A stretch of 33,836 nt of DNA from positions 1 to 33,836 of IMG/VR virus record IMGVR_UViG_3300037462_000103; one strand, written 5' to 3'. Origin of the DNA: a virus. Lineage: Duplodnaviria; Caudoviricetes. This document shows, one piece after another, positions 26,391 to 33,836 of this stretch; position 1 is the stretch's first letter; each line of letters starts with the position of its first letter. The position numbers and the translations under genes are program-made. The notes below the pieces were generated by a model. The model saw only the letters and a list, made by a program, of their open reading frames with translations. It ran no database searches and was not told where the DNA came from.

Positions 26391-26680
26391 GATGCGCCGC
26401 CCAGCAGAAGCTGTGCCTGCTTGTCGTCGAGTGACGTTGCGCCCTTGACTGTGTCGGTGCAGAGCCTGCCGAGCGCGTCACGGCGTAGCGGCTGATCGCT
26501 GCTCATGAAGTCGAGCCGCGTTTGCGCCTTGGTCGTAGAGCCATCGGCCATAAGGCGGATAAAGCCGCTGCCCGACTTGGCGTAGAGATAGCCGTCGCGG
26601 ATGAAGAGCGGCACTTGCTGATAGACGCCATTCTGGACGAGAACGGCCGCCTCACCTTCTAGTTCTTTGAAGAAGCTCAT
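26387..26680 (-). CDS. Hypothetical protein
   Basis: 97 aa, GGAG RBS, coupled to downstream gene. Confidence 0.75.
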   Translation of the reverse strand: MSFFKELEGEAAVLVQNGVYQQVPLFIRDGYLYAKSGSGFIRLMADGSTTKAQTRLDFMSSDQPLRRDALGRLCTDTVKGATSLDDKQAQLLLGGAS

Positions 26681-27023
26681 AGTTAAACTCCATCTGTTGC
26701 GTGACGAAGCCGAAGCGGTTTCGGGCGTTCATACCCGCCGTGGCCCATCGTAGATTGTTGCGTTGATTATCGAAACGATCGCCGTTCATGTGGTCGCCGA
26801 TCGTGTGAAGTGGGCTTGGCGGTAGGACGAAAGCCCTCCGCAGCACTTCCTTGTGCAGGAAGATCAATCGGCCTTTGACCGATCGGACAGCATAGCCGGG
26901 TTTGTCCGTTGCGCCGTGGGTGACGAACCAGTTTCCCTGGCTCGCCGCCCACTCGTAGTCTTCTTCGGACAACCGAACCGGGATGCAGTAATCCTTGCCT
27001 TGGCAGAGGAGTATCGCACCCAC
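26652..27023 (-). CDS. HNH endonuclease (HNH_3 type)
   Basis: IFLHKEVL...GDHMNGDRFDNQRNNLRWAT...NARN; start uncertain. Confidence 0.8.
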   Translation of the reverse strand: MGAILLCQGKDYCIPVRLSEEDYEWAASQGNWFVTHGATDKPGYAVRSVKGRLIFLHKEVLRRAFVLPPSPLHTIGDHMNGDRFDNQRNNLRWATAGMNARNRFGFVTQQMEFNYELLQRTRR

Positions 27024-27029
27024 TGCGGC

Positions 27030-27341
27030 CTACCCGAAGATCCCGATAGCGTGGCCGTATGTGTCGCGGAGGTCTTCCCACTCCTTGCGCACATCCGGCT
27101 CCATCTTCCGGAGCTTCAACATCTCGGCCAGGATCTTCTTGTCGTAGCCCTTGGAGGCGTACTCTTCCTTGACCGATTTGATGTCGTCGGCGATCGTCTG
27201 CTTCTCGGCTTCCAGGCGCTCGATGCGCTCGACGTAGCTGAGGACGTCTCGCCCGAGATCGTTCGCCGGCCGGGGCTGGCCGTCAGAAGTCGGGGCCTTT
27301 GCGGGCTTGCCGACTTCCATGGGGTTGAACTCTTCAGCCAT
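27030..27341 (-). CDS. gapR: GapR/DUF2312 family nucleoid-associated protein
   Basis: SYVERIERLEAEKQTIADDIKSVKEEYASKGYDKKILAEMLKLRK matches the UPF0335/GapR pattern. Confidence 0.88.
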   Translation of the reverse strand: MAEEFNPMEVGKPAKAPTSDGQPRPANDLGRDVLSYVERIERLEAEKQTIADDIKSVKEEYASKGYDKKILAEMLKLRKMEPDVRKEWEDLRDTYGHAIGIFG

Positions 27342-27573
27342 CGACCCGGCCCTCCATGTGCTTGACGAGCTCGCCGACCGTGTTGAACTGGCCGATCTCT
27401 TCGTCGTTCGTTTCGACGCCGAACTGATCTTCGATCAGCACTGCCGTCTCGACTACATCCAGGCTGTCGAACTTGAGGTCTTCCCGGAAGGTGTCGGTCA
27501 GGCTGATCGTCTCCTTGCCGGTCTGTTCCTTGAGCACGTCGAGGATGCGCTCTTCGATGGTCTTAGGCTCCAT
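27334..27573 (-). CDS. acpP: Acyl carrier protein
   Basis: 79 aa, acidic; FREDLKFDSLDVVE phosphopantetheine-Ser motif, IEDQFGV, TVGELV; AAGGAGG RBS. Confidence 0.9.
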   Translation of the reverse strand: MEPKTIEERILDVLKEQTGKETISLTDTFREDLKFDSLDVVETAVLIEDQFGVETNDEEIGQFNTVGELVKHMEGRVDG

Positions 27574-27781
27574 GGCGAGCCTCCTTGCGTTCACGGCGGC
27601 GTTTTTCGCCCTTGGAGACGCCGCGCTTCTCGTTCTGGCGCGGAGTGCGGAAGCCCTTGCCGCCCGTCATTGTCGCCATGATGTTCATGCGGCGATCGAT
27701 GGCGACCGGATCGCGGAGAGGAAGGCCGAGGCGGCGCTCCTTGGCGTCCAGATCGCTCATCACTTTGTCGAAGATATTCAT
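27563..27781 (-). CDS. Hypothetical basic protein
   Basis: 72 aa, Arg/Lys-rich C-terminus, AAGGA RBS. Confidence 0.65.
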   Translation of the reverse strand: MNIFDKVMSDLDAKERRLGLPLRDPVAIDRRMNIMATMTGGKGFRTPRQNEKRGVSKGEKRRRERKEARHGA

Positions 27782-27854
27782 GTCAGTGTTCCTTGTCTGA
27801 GGGTTGAGACACCGACCATTGTTGGCCGGTGTCGCTCGTCATAACCTACAACGA

Positions 27855-28499
27855 TCAGCCGAAAAGACCGGCAGCGCCTGCACCACCCTTCGTCTCGGCG
27901 GGCGCGTCGCCCTCGTCTTCGATCTTCTCGAAGAACTTGTCCGGGTCAGGACCGCCACCGCCGCCACCGAGGATAGCGTCGCCTTCGGCCTTCTTGACGC
28001 GCTGGACGTGGCTGATACCGAACGATACGCCCTTGCCGCCTTCGTCGTTCTCCCAGGCATAGCAGTTCACGACCGCATAGACTTCGGAGCCGGACGGGAT
28101 CTCGTCCTTCTCGTAGATCGGGTTGCGCTTCGCATCCCAGACCTTCGGCTTGAAGTCGATGCCGGATGCGCAGCGAATGAACCAGTGGCCGGGGAAGCCC
28201 TTGTGCGGCTCGCCGGTCTCCTTGTGCTTGCCCTGCCTGCCGTCGCCGTCCAGGAACGGGCTCTTCAGGATCTCGCTCTCGACGAGGGCCTTGGCCTTCT
28301 CGCCCCACTTCGCCAGCGCCGTGTCACCGACCAGCTTGCGAAGGGCCGAGATGTCGGCCGACTTGGGGAACAGCAACGTGCAGCCGTACTGCTTCTTGCC
28401 GTTGTCCCTTTCCTGGGGTTCGAACAGGTTGTGCGCGTAGGCGATCACCGCGAGCGGCGTCTTGATGTCATCGGAACGTACGTTTTTGCTCTTAGCCAT
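27855..28499 (-). CDS. ssDNA-binding protein (DUF2815 / gp2.5-Enc34-like)
   Basis: AYAHNLFEP..KYGCTLLFPK, PFLDGD, FPGHWFIR, SGSEVYAVVN.YAW...KGVSFGISHVQ, acidic tail. Confidence 0.85.
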   Translation of the reverse strand: MAKSKNVRSDDIKTPLAVIAYAHNLFEPQERDNGKKQYGCTLLFPKSADISALRKLVGDTALAKWGEKAKALVESEILKSPFLDGDGRQGKHKETGEPHKGFPGHWFIRCASGIDFKPKVWDAKRNPIYEKDEIPSGSEVYAVVNCYAWENDEGGKGVSFGISHVQRVKKAEGDAILGGGGGGPDPDKFFEKIEDEGDAPAETKGGAGAAGLFG

Positions 28500-28520
28500 G
28501 ATAAATCCTTTCAGTGGCGT

Positions 28521-29828
28521 TTAGTCGAGAATGTCGAAATGCTTGTGCGCTGCCGGCGGGATCGCCGACCGCGTTGTCTTCGAGGCGCGAACAAGGTTCG
28601 ATCCGTTCTCCGGAGTGAAGGACAGTTCCTTGATCTCGCGCAGTGCTGCGTCGGCCTTGGCTTTGGCGAGCGCGTCGCGGACCTGTTTGGGCGTGCGGAT
28701 CTTCGGTGCGTTGAACACCTTCTCATCCGGGATCCCGGCCTGCTTCGCGATGGCCGCTGCCTTGGCTTCTGCGTCTTCCGCCCACTTTTCCCGGCCCGTC
28801 TTCGGAACCAGGATGTAGTTCGGTATCTCGACGCCCTGCTCGGCCAGTTCGTGCGCGCGGGCACGGCGGGCCTTGATCCAGTCCTCGATCATGTCGAGGG
28901 CGTCGAGGTCGCGGGCGATCTTTGCGGGATCGTCCGCATCGGGCATGTTGGTCAGACGCGGCTGGTCGAGGTCGTCAAACCAGACACCAGCGGCGTCGAA
29001 CGCTTTTTGCTCCAAGGCCGGGCACGTACCGGCCGCTTTGCAAAATTTACACCAAGGGCCAGCGGCGAGATGTTTCTCGGCCCATGTCGCCATCGGCATA
29101 GGAAGGCCGAGAGACTTGTCGCCTTGTCTATCGGCAAAGGCATCCGCGGACCTGCGCATGGCTTCCATCAGATCGCCCGTCCATTCGACCAGATCGGCCA
29201 CATGGAAGGTTTCCGAGCGGGTTCGACCATCCTTGTGCGGAGCACGCGGCTGGACGATCGTCACCGTGACCTTTTCGACCGCCAAGCCCTTGTTCGCGAG
29301 CATGGCGCCGAGAGCATAGGTGCGAAGCTGGGGATTTCCCTTCACTTCGACGACATGCCCTCGCCCACCCTTCAGGTCGACGACCTCGAGTTCCTTGGTG
29401 AGCGGCTTGTAGATCACGGCGTCCGCTGTGCCCCCGGCCTCGAAAGGCGGGTTCATGGCGGCCAGGCTGAACTTCTGCTCAATCTGGATAAGATCGGCAG
29501 GGTTCGTGTTCTTCGGTGCGGCAGCGATGGCTGTCTGCCGCACATAGTCGACAAATTCCTGCGCAGTCTCGGCCATCTCTTCATCGACCTCGAAGGAGTG
29601 CATCTTCCCCTTCCTGGTTTCACCGATGAAGTTGTCGGCCTGAACACCTTTGCGCAGGCAGATTTCGGCGATCTCATGCGCGCAGGTTCCCCAATCGGCC
29701 GCCTCGGACGTTTTCTCCGGCAGGTCGATCGTGAGAGCGAGCGCTCCGGCGCAGGCCCAATTCCGTTCTGTGGAACTGGCCGACCAAGTCGCATGATCGC
29801 GGGCGGCGTGGTCAACCATTGCCGTCAT
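28521..29828 (-). CDS. DUF2800 family PD-(D/E)XK (Cas4-like) exonuclease
   Basis: HA.WSASS..R..AC, GTCAHE, GGTADAV, VVDLKGG, NPQL..YALG, IVQPR, GPWCKFCKA..TCP. Confidence 0.9.
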   Translation of the reverse strand: MTAMVDHAARDHATWSASSTERNWACAGALALTIDLPEKTSEAADWGTCAHEIAEICLRKGVQADNFIGETRKGKMHSFEVDEEMAETAQEFVDYVRQTAIAAAPKNTNPADLIQIEQKFSLAAMNPPFEAGGTADAVIYKPLTKELEVVDLKGGRGHVVEVKGNPQLRTYALGAMLANKGLAVEKVTVTIVQPRAPHKDGRTRSETFHVADLVEWTGDLMEAMRRSADAFADRQGDKSLGLPMPMATWAEKHLAAGPWCKFCKAAGTCPALEQKAFDAAGVWFDDLDQPRLTNMPDADDPAKIARDLDALDMIEDWIKARRARAHELAEQGVEIPNYILVPKTGREKWAEDAEAKAAAIAKQAGIPDEKVFNAPKIRTPKQVRDALAKAKADAALREIKELSFTPENGSNLVRASKTTRSAIPPAAHKHFDILD

Positions 29829-29997
29829 ACTCCGTAGTGGCCTGGAACTCGCGAGAGAGCCACGCCATGAACGCCGGGAGGTCTTCCCTGGCGACGAGGA
29901 TCTTGTCCGCTGTCTCCAGATCGCCGTTAGCGCTCACGCGAAAGTTCTCGTCTTCGGTCAGGAACTCTTCGGTTTTGCGGATTGCGTGTGGCATCAC
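29812..29997 (-). CDS. Hypothetical protein
   Basis: 61 aa, overlaps both neighbours in the operon. Confidence 0.6.
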   Translation of the reverse strand: MMPHAIRKTEEFLTEDENFRVSANGDLETADKILVAREDLPAFMAWLSREFQATTEYDGNG

Positions 29998-30680
29998 GCA
30001 CCATAACGGGTGTCAGACGCAGCGGCCTTCTGCCACGCATCGACGCACGCCTTCAGCTTCTTCTGGTCGTCCGGCAGGATCGACATCTTCCAGAACGGGT
30101 TGCCTGCCGGCGGCTCGCCCAGCACGGAGACGAACAAGGCCGGACCATCGGCCGTTGCGGCTTCCATGCCGAACTTGTTCACATACAGACCGACCGCATT
30201 GCGGACGTCGTCGGCGGTCAGCGGAGCTTCCGGCTTGCGCGCGGCTTCCACTTCGGCCTGTTCGTCGGCCTTGTCTTGTGCCGCCGTTTCTTCGTCGTCC
30301 TCGGGGCCGACACGCTCGCCGCCGGTCGAGATGGCCTGCGTATCGGACTTCTCGGCAGCTTCGTCCTCGGCGATCTCTTCCTTGGTACGGCGCTGTTTGC
30401 CCGGGGCGGGCTTGCCGCGCTCGCGCTTCGGCTCTTCGGAGACGGCCTCGGCCTGCGCCTTGATCGCTTCGACCGCCTCGCCCGAATACGGGGCCGACGC
30501 TGCGGGGCCGAGGACCGTCTTCGACGGCGAACCGATATAAGCCGCAGAGGCGTACATTTGGTCCTTCTTTTCGCGCAGTTCAGCTGCGGTCGGCAGAGTG
30601 CCGTTGATTGCGTCCAGGAGTGCGCGAAGGCCGGTGGCCTCCTCCTTGGACATATAGCCGGTGTCAAAGTTGATGTTCAT
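29994..30680 (-). CDS. Hypothetical acidic protein of the replication module
   Basis: 228 aa with RRTKEEIAED and LTADDVR segments; AAAGG RBS; upstream of DUF2800. Confidence 0.75.
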   Translation of the reverse strand: MNINFDTGYMSKEEATGLRALLDAINGTLPTAAELREKKDQMYASAAYIGSPSKTVLGPAASAPYSGEAVEAIKAQAEAVSEEPKRERGKPAPGKQRRTKEEIAEDEAAEKSDTQAISTGGERVGPEDDEETAAQDKADEQAEVEAARKPEAPLTADDVRNAVGLYVNKFGMEAATADGPALFVSVLGEPPAGNPFWKMSILPDDQKKLKACVDAWQKAAASDTRYGA

Positions 30681-30696
30681 GCGAGTACCTTTCTTG

Positions 30697-31200
30697 TCAG
30701 ATGTGCTTCCAGCAGCGGCGAGTTTTGATCCCGCTGACGTGGACTTCGGATATGCCGTATTCCTCAGCGATCACTCGCTGCTTCCTGCGATCGGCACGTA
30801 TCGCGAGAACTTGTTGTTCGGTTAAACGATGCTTTGGGTGGCCCTCGCCGCGGATCACGACGCTCATGCGTTCGCCGTACCAGTGACGGCGTTTCTGCAC
30901 GCAGTCGTCACGGTTGTCGCGAAACGGCCCTATGAAAAGATGGTCCGGACGCACGCAGCTTGGGTTGTCGCAGCGATGGCAAACGCACGTTCCGTGATAA
31001 CCTTCGCCTGGCGGGATCTCGCCATAAGCCATCTCATACGACAGACGGTGTGCTCTTATACCTTTGCGCCTATCGCTGATGATACCGTAGCCTTTGTCGT
31101 TCTTGCGTGCGGTCCACACCCAGCAATCGCCATCAGGACCGTGTCCGGGTGTCTTGTCGACTTTGCTCCAGAACCGTGTTTTCGGGTCGGACTTTTTCAT
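30697..31200 (-). CDS. HNH homing endonuclease with C-terminal HTH
   Basis: RFWSKVDK..CWVW..GYG..AHRLSY..VCHRCDNPSCVRPDHLF; ATGA overlap with helicase stop. Confidence 0.92.
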   Translation of the reverse strand: MKKSDPKTRFWSKVDKTPGHGPDGDCWVWTARKNDKGYGIISDRRKGIRAHRLSYEMAYGEIPPGEGYHGTCVCHRCDNPSCVRPDHLFIGPFRDNRDDCVQKRRHWYGERMSVVIRGEGHPKHRLTEQQVLAIRADRRKQRVIAEEYGISEVHVSGIKTRRCWKHI

Positions 31201-32552
31201 CGCAGAACCTCTCGGATCGCCGCCCATTTACGCATTAAAATTTCCTGAAGTGCCTCGTCGATCGAACCGGCCATGACGGCGACGCGGACGTTCACGATCC
31301 GCTGCTGGCCGAAGTTCGTGACGCGCAGCGACATCTGCCGCATCTGAGCGGGCTGGAACGACGTCTCGACGAACAGCATCTCGGCTGCGCGGCTTAGATC
31401 GATCGCCTCGCCGGCCGCTTGGATCTGGCCGAGGAACACCCTGGTCGACGGGTCGGTCTGAAACCGCTCGACGGAGGTTCGTCTGTTGTCCGCTGAACTC
31501 GTCCCATCTATTCCCACAACGCCAAACGTCGAGAGGCCGTCTTTCAGGATCTGCCCGACGTCCTTGTGCCAGTAAGCCAGCACGATCTTGTCGAGCCCGC
31601 AGGCGAACTCGTCCTTCACGGCCTCGACGACGGCCCTTGCCTTGATCTCGCCGGTCAGGCGGCGCAGAGGGCCGAGGTGCATGTCGAGTGCGCGGGTGTC
31701 GCCGGCTTCAGCGGCGGCCAGGATCTGTTCGGCTTTCAGGTCGCCTTCGACTTCGCGGCGGATGGCCGGCGAAACGGCGAGCGGCAGGATATCGTAAATC
31801 GGCTCGCGGATGCCGACGTCCTGTTGGGTGCGCAGGAGCATGAAATCGCCGACGCGCTCTCGCAGTTCGGGCAAATTGCGCCCGCCAATGACAACCGGTA
31901 TCTTGCGGAACGCCGATATCTTTTTCATGCGCACGATGCAGTATCGATGCAAAAAGTCCTGTTCGGCTGTTACGTCTGGAAAATCGGCCGTTGCCTGGAG
32001 GCAGCCTGGCTTGAGCGCCCGAAGCATCGGATAGAGATCGTTCGGCGCGTTCGGCATTGGTGTCCCGGTGAGGCACCAGACATTGCCGCCGGCCGCGTGA
32101 GTTAGGGCCGTGCTGGTGTTCAGGGTCGCGCCGCCCTGCGTGAAGTCACCATAGGCCGATTGCGTGCGCTTCGCTTCCGTGGACTTAGCCATGTGCGCTT
32201 CGTCTAGGATAAGCCGGTTCCACTTTCGCGACAGAAGCTGCGAGCGGATCTTCGGGTCCGTTATGCCGTTCCACCCCACGATCGCAACGTCAGTGGAGTG
32301 CAGAAGCTTCTCGGTTCCCTTGTAAAGAACCTGGACCGCCCGACCGAACGCCGACCACTCGCGCATCGCGCGGTTCCACACAGGGCGCCCAGAAGCGGTC
32401 GTGACGATAAGGATCTTCTCTTCGAGGTTCAGATCGGCAGCTATGATGCTCGTGCCGGTCTTCCCGCATCTTGGCTGATCGGCCAGCAACGCCGTATTGC
32501 GAGCAGCGAGGAAGTGCGCGCCGGAAAGCTGTGTCGGGAAAGGCTTCATCAT
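31197..32552 (-). CDS. SNF2-like superfamily 2 helicase
   Basis: LLADQPRCGKT, LILDEAH, LTGTPMPN, AAGEAIDL motifs. Confidence 0.9.
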   Translation of the reverse strand: MMKPFPTQLSGAHFLAARNTALLADQPRCGKTGTSIIAADLNLEEKILIVTTASGRPVWNRAMREWSAFGRAVQVLYKGTEKLLHSTDVAIVGWNGITDPKIRSQLLSRKWNRLILDEAHMAKSTEAKRTQSAYGDFTQGGATLNTSTALTHAAGGNVWCLTGTPMPNAPNDLYPMLRALKPGCLQATADFPDVTAEQDFLHRYCIVRMKKISAFRKIPVVIGGRNLPELRERVGDFMLLRTQQDVGIREPIYDILPLAVSPAIRREVEGDLKAEQILAAAEAGDTRALDMHLGPLRRLTGEIKARAVVEAVKDEFACGLDKIVLAYWHKDVGQILKDGLSTFGVVGIDGTSSADNRRTSVERFQTDPSTRVFLGQIQAAGEAIDLSRAAEMLFVETSFQPAQMRQMSLRVTNFGQQRIVNVRVAVMAGSIDEALQEILMRKWAAIREVLR

Positions 32553-33073
32553 GACGAAAACCTCGTACCGATCAGTTCAACGCCCGTAGGCTTTGCCCAC
32601 ACCTTGCCGCGCATGATGTGAGAGACCAGCGACTTGTGAATGCCGTAGATGTCGGCGATGTCCGCGTGGCGCCAGCCTCTGCGCGCCAGCTTGCGGATGT
32701 GATCGACCTTCTCTTCGTTCAGCTTAGCGTTCGGTGATGCTTCACCATTGAACGAATACGTCCAGTGGCGCTTCTTACCTGTCATGTCGGCCGAGTTGTC
32801 GGCCATTGTACCGACGAAGAGGTGGTTCGGGTTGACGCAGGCCGGGACGTCGCAGCGATGGCAGACAACCTCACCGGGGAGCAAGGGCCGAACGAAAGTG
32901 TGAAAGCTAAACCGGTGCGCAGCAACGACGCGCTCACCATCAGAGAAACGGCCGTAACCGAGCTCGTTCGCGCCAGCAAGCCATATGACGCAACCGCAAA
33001 ACGGAACCGGCATGGTCTTTGCGTGAAAAGCGGCTATTCGCTGTTCGGGGGAGTAGGAGTTTCGGTTGGGCAT
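32549..33073 (-). CDS. HNH homing endonuclease with C-terminal HTH
   Basis: GCVIW..GYG..AAHRFS..VCHRCDVPACVNPNHLFVGT..DN, GE..PNAKL, IADIYGI. Confidence 0.92.
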   Translation of the reverse strand: MPNRNSYSPEQRIAAFHAKTMPVPFCGCVIWLAGANELGYGRFSDGERVVAAHRFSFHTFVRPLLPGEVVCHRCDVPACVNPNHLFVGTMADNSADMTGKKRHWTYSFNGEASPNAKLNEEKVDHIRKLARRGWRHADIADIYGIHKSLVSHIMRGKVWAKPTGVELIGTRFSS

Positions 33074-33120
33074 TCCAGCAAGTCCTCAAAGTCCACAAAG
33101 CCATAAAGGGCGGATCGTCG

Positions 33121-33157
33121 TCCGTCGTTGTATGTCGCCATAACATACAATGACGGA
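33121..33157. promoter_or_regulatory. Long inverted repeat containing ACATACA half-sites (operator or hairpin)
   Basis: TCCGTCGTTGTATGT-CGCCATA-ACATACAATGACGGA, 15-bp arms with one mismatch. Confidence 0.55.
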
Positions 33158-33164
33158 CAGAAAG

Positions 33165-33587
33165 TCAATCGGATTTTTTCGTCAGCCGCGCGATTTCGCG
33201 ATCGATGTACCAGCGAGCCTTCTTAAGATCTTCGATCTCGTCGCCCTTCTCGCCTGCACGCCAGATGTACTTGACCGCGTTGCCGCGGCAGAAGTTCATG
33301 TGCTCGGTGATCTGGATGCACTCTACGCCGGACGGATGGCCGGTGTAGTGCGAAGGGTGTTCAATCGCGTCGTGAGTTGCGAGGACGAAGGTCTCGCAAA
33401 AAGCAGCATCGAGGACCCATGTGTGCCCGGTCCCGCCGTTCGTCTCCATTCCGAAGTTGTCGGTCATCTGAAAACCCTCTGCCGGCGTCGGGCCGCGCAT
33501 GACCTCGTAAGTTTTGCCCGCAGTGTAAAATGGCTCTGCGGAGCGAACGCATCGCCACTGCTGGCCCACCTGAATTTCTATCGTCAT
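33165..33587 (-). CDS. DUF3310 family protein (T7 gp1.7-like nucleotide kinase domain) with N-terminal extra domain
   Basis: HPSHY...VECI...FCRGNAVKYIWRAGEK...EDLKKARWYI. Confidence 0.88.
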   Translation of the reverse strand: MTIEIQVGQQWRCVRSAEPFYTAGKTYEVMRGPTPAEGFQMTDNFGMETNGGTGHTWVLDAAFCETFVLATHDAIEHPSHYTGHPSGVECIQITEHMNFCRGNAVKYIWRAGEKGDEIEDLKKARWYIDREIARLTKKSD

Positions 33588-33836
33588 CCAAATATTCCTT
33601 CTGTCGGTTGATCGGTCTTGTCGTTCGTCGTTTCAGACAGCGCCGACACGCGAATAGTCATGCCGGGCTTGTCGCCGTACCTCTTTTCGATCGAGGTCTT
33701 CACGATCTGGCTGTCATCCACCCATACGATGAGATTGCAGGCGTCGATCGTCTTCATGAAGTTGTCCAGGTCCGGCTTTTTCGTCGGAAGCTCCCTGCCC
33801 TCGCGAGCGGCCTGCTGGCGCTTCTTCGGCCACGAT
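33584..33836 (-). CDS. rusA: RusA family Holliday junction resolvase (5' end outside the window)
   Basis: Manual translation: ...PTKKPDLDNFMKTIDACNLIVWVDDSQIV...SETTNDKTDQPTEGIFG-stop; KPDxDN and DDxQ motifs. Confidence 0.88.
   Translation of the reverse strand, partial: SWPKKRQQAAREGRELPTKKPDLDNFMKTIDACNLIVWVDDSQIVKTSIEKRYGDKPGMTIRVSALSETTNDKTDQPTEGIFG

Noticed and set aside
28521-29828. Cas4-like nuclease as part of a CRISPR-Cas system
   Set aside because: It sits in the usual DUF2800-SSB-PolA-helicase replication module; no cas genes or array.
27804-29837. 677-aa plus-strand ORF
   Set aside because: Antisense to SSB and DUF2800 genes; V/L/R/G-rich shadow composition.
1-33836. tRNA genes, integrase/att site, inteins or introns
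   Set aside because: None recognised by eye; TerL, PolA and helicase have ordinary lengths. Lifestyle (temperate or lytic) cannot be decided from this window.

Overview
This window is part of a GC-rich tailed-phage genome (or prophage). The host is most likely an alphaproteobacterium (Rhizobiales-like), inferred from GapR- and GcrA-like genes and CTTGAC-N17 promoters. In window order, the left arm (minus strand) holds major capsid (truncated by the window edge), scaffold, portal, TerL, a lysis cassette (spanins, holin, GH108 endolysin), an HNH nuclease, a small structured RNA, DUF3307 and a TerS-like gene. Next come a plus-strand operon of small unknown genes, an iteron/palindrome origin candidate, a primase-helicase, and a minus-strand block of HTH/RHH and small membrane genes. 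A plus-strand block encodes RtcB, a GcrA C-terminal-like protein, a tail fibre and a secreted alpha/beta hydrolase. The right arm (minus strand) carries PolA, a two-frame C5 methyltransferase, GapR, an acyl carrier protein, SSB, a DUF2800 nuclease, an SNF2-type helicase, HNHs, DUF3310 and RusA (truncated). The most unusual observations are: (1) ten unrelated proteins share a C-terminal [I/L]-F-[D/G/E/A]-stop tag; (2) a ~90-nt sRNA with its own promoter and anti-Shine-Dalgarno loops; (3) a fully nested two-frame methyltransferase flanked by 26-bp perfect direct repeats; (4) recurring co-oriented repeats at gene junctions. All family assignments are by eye from motifs; no database search was run.
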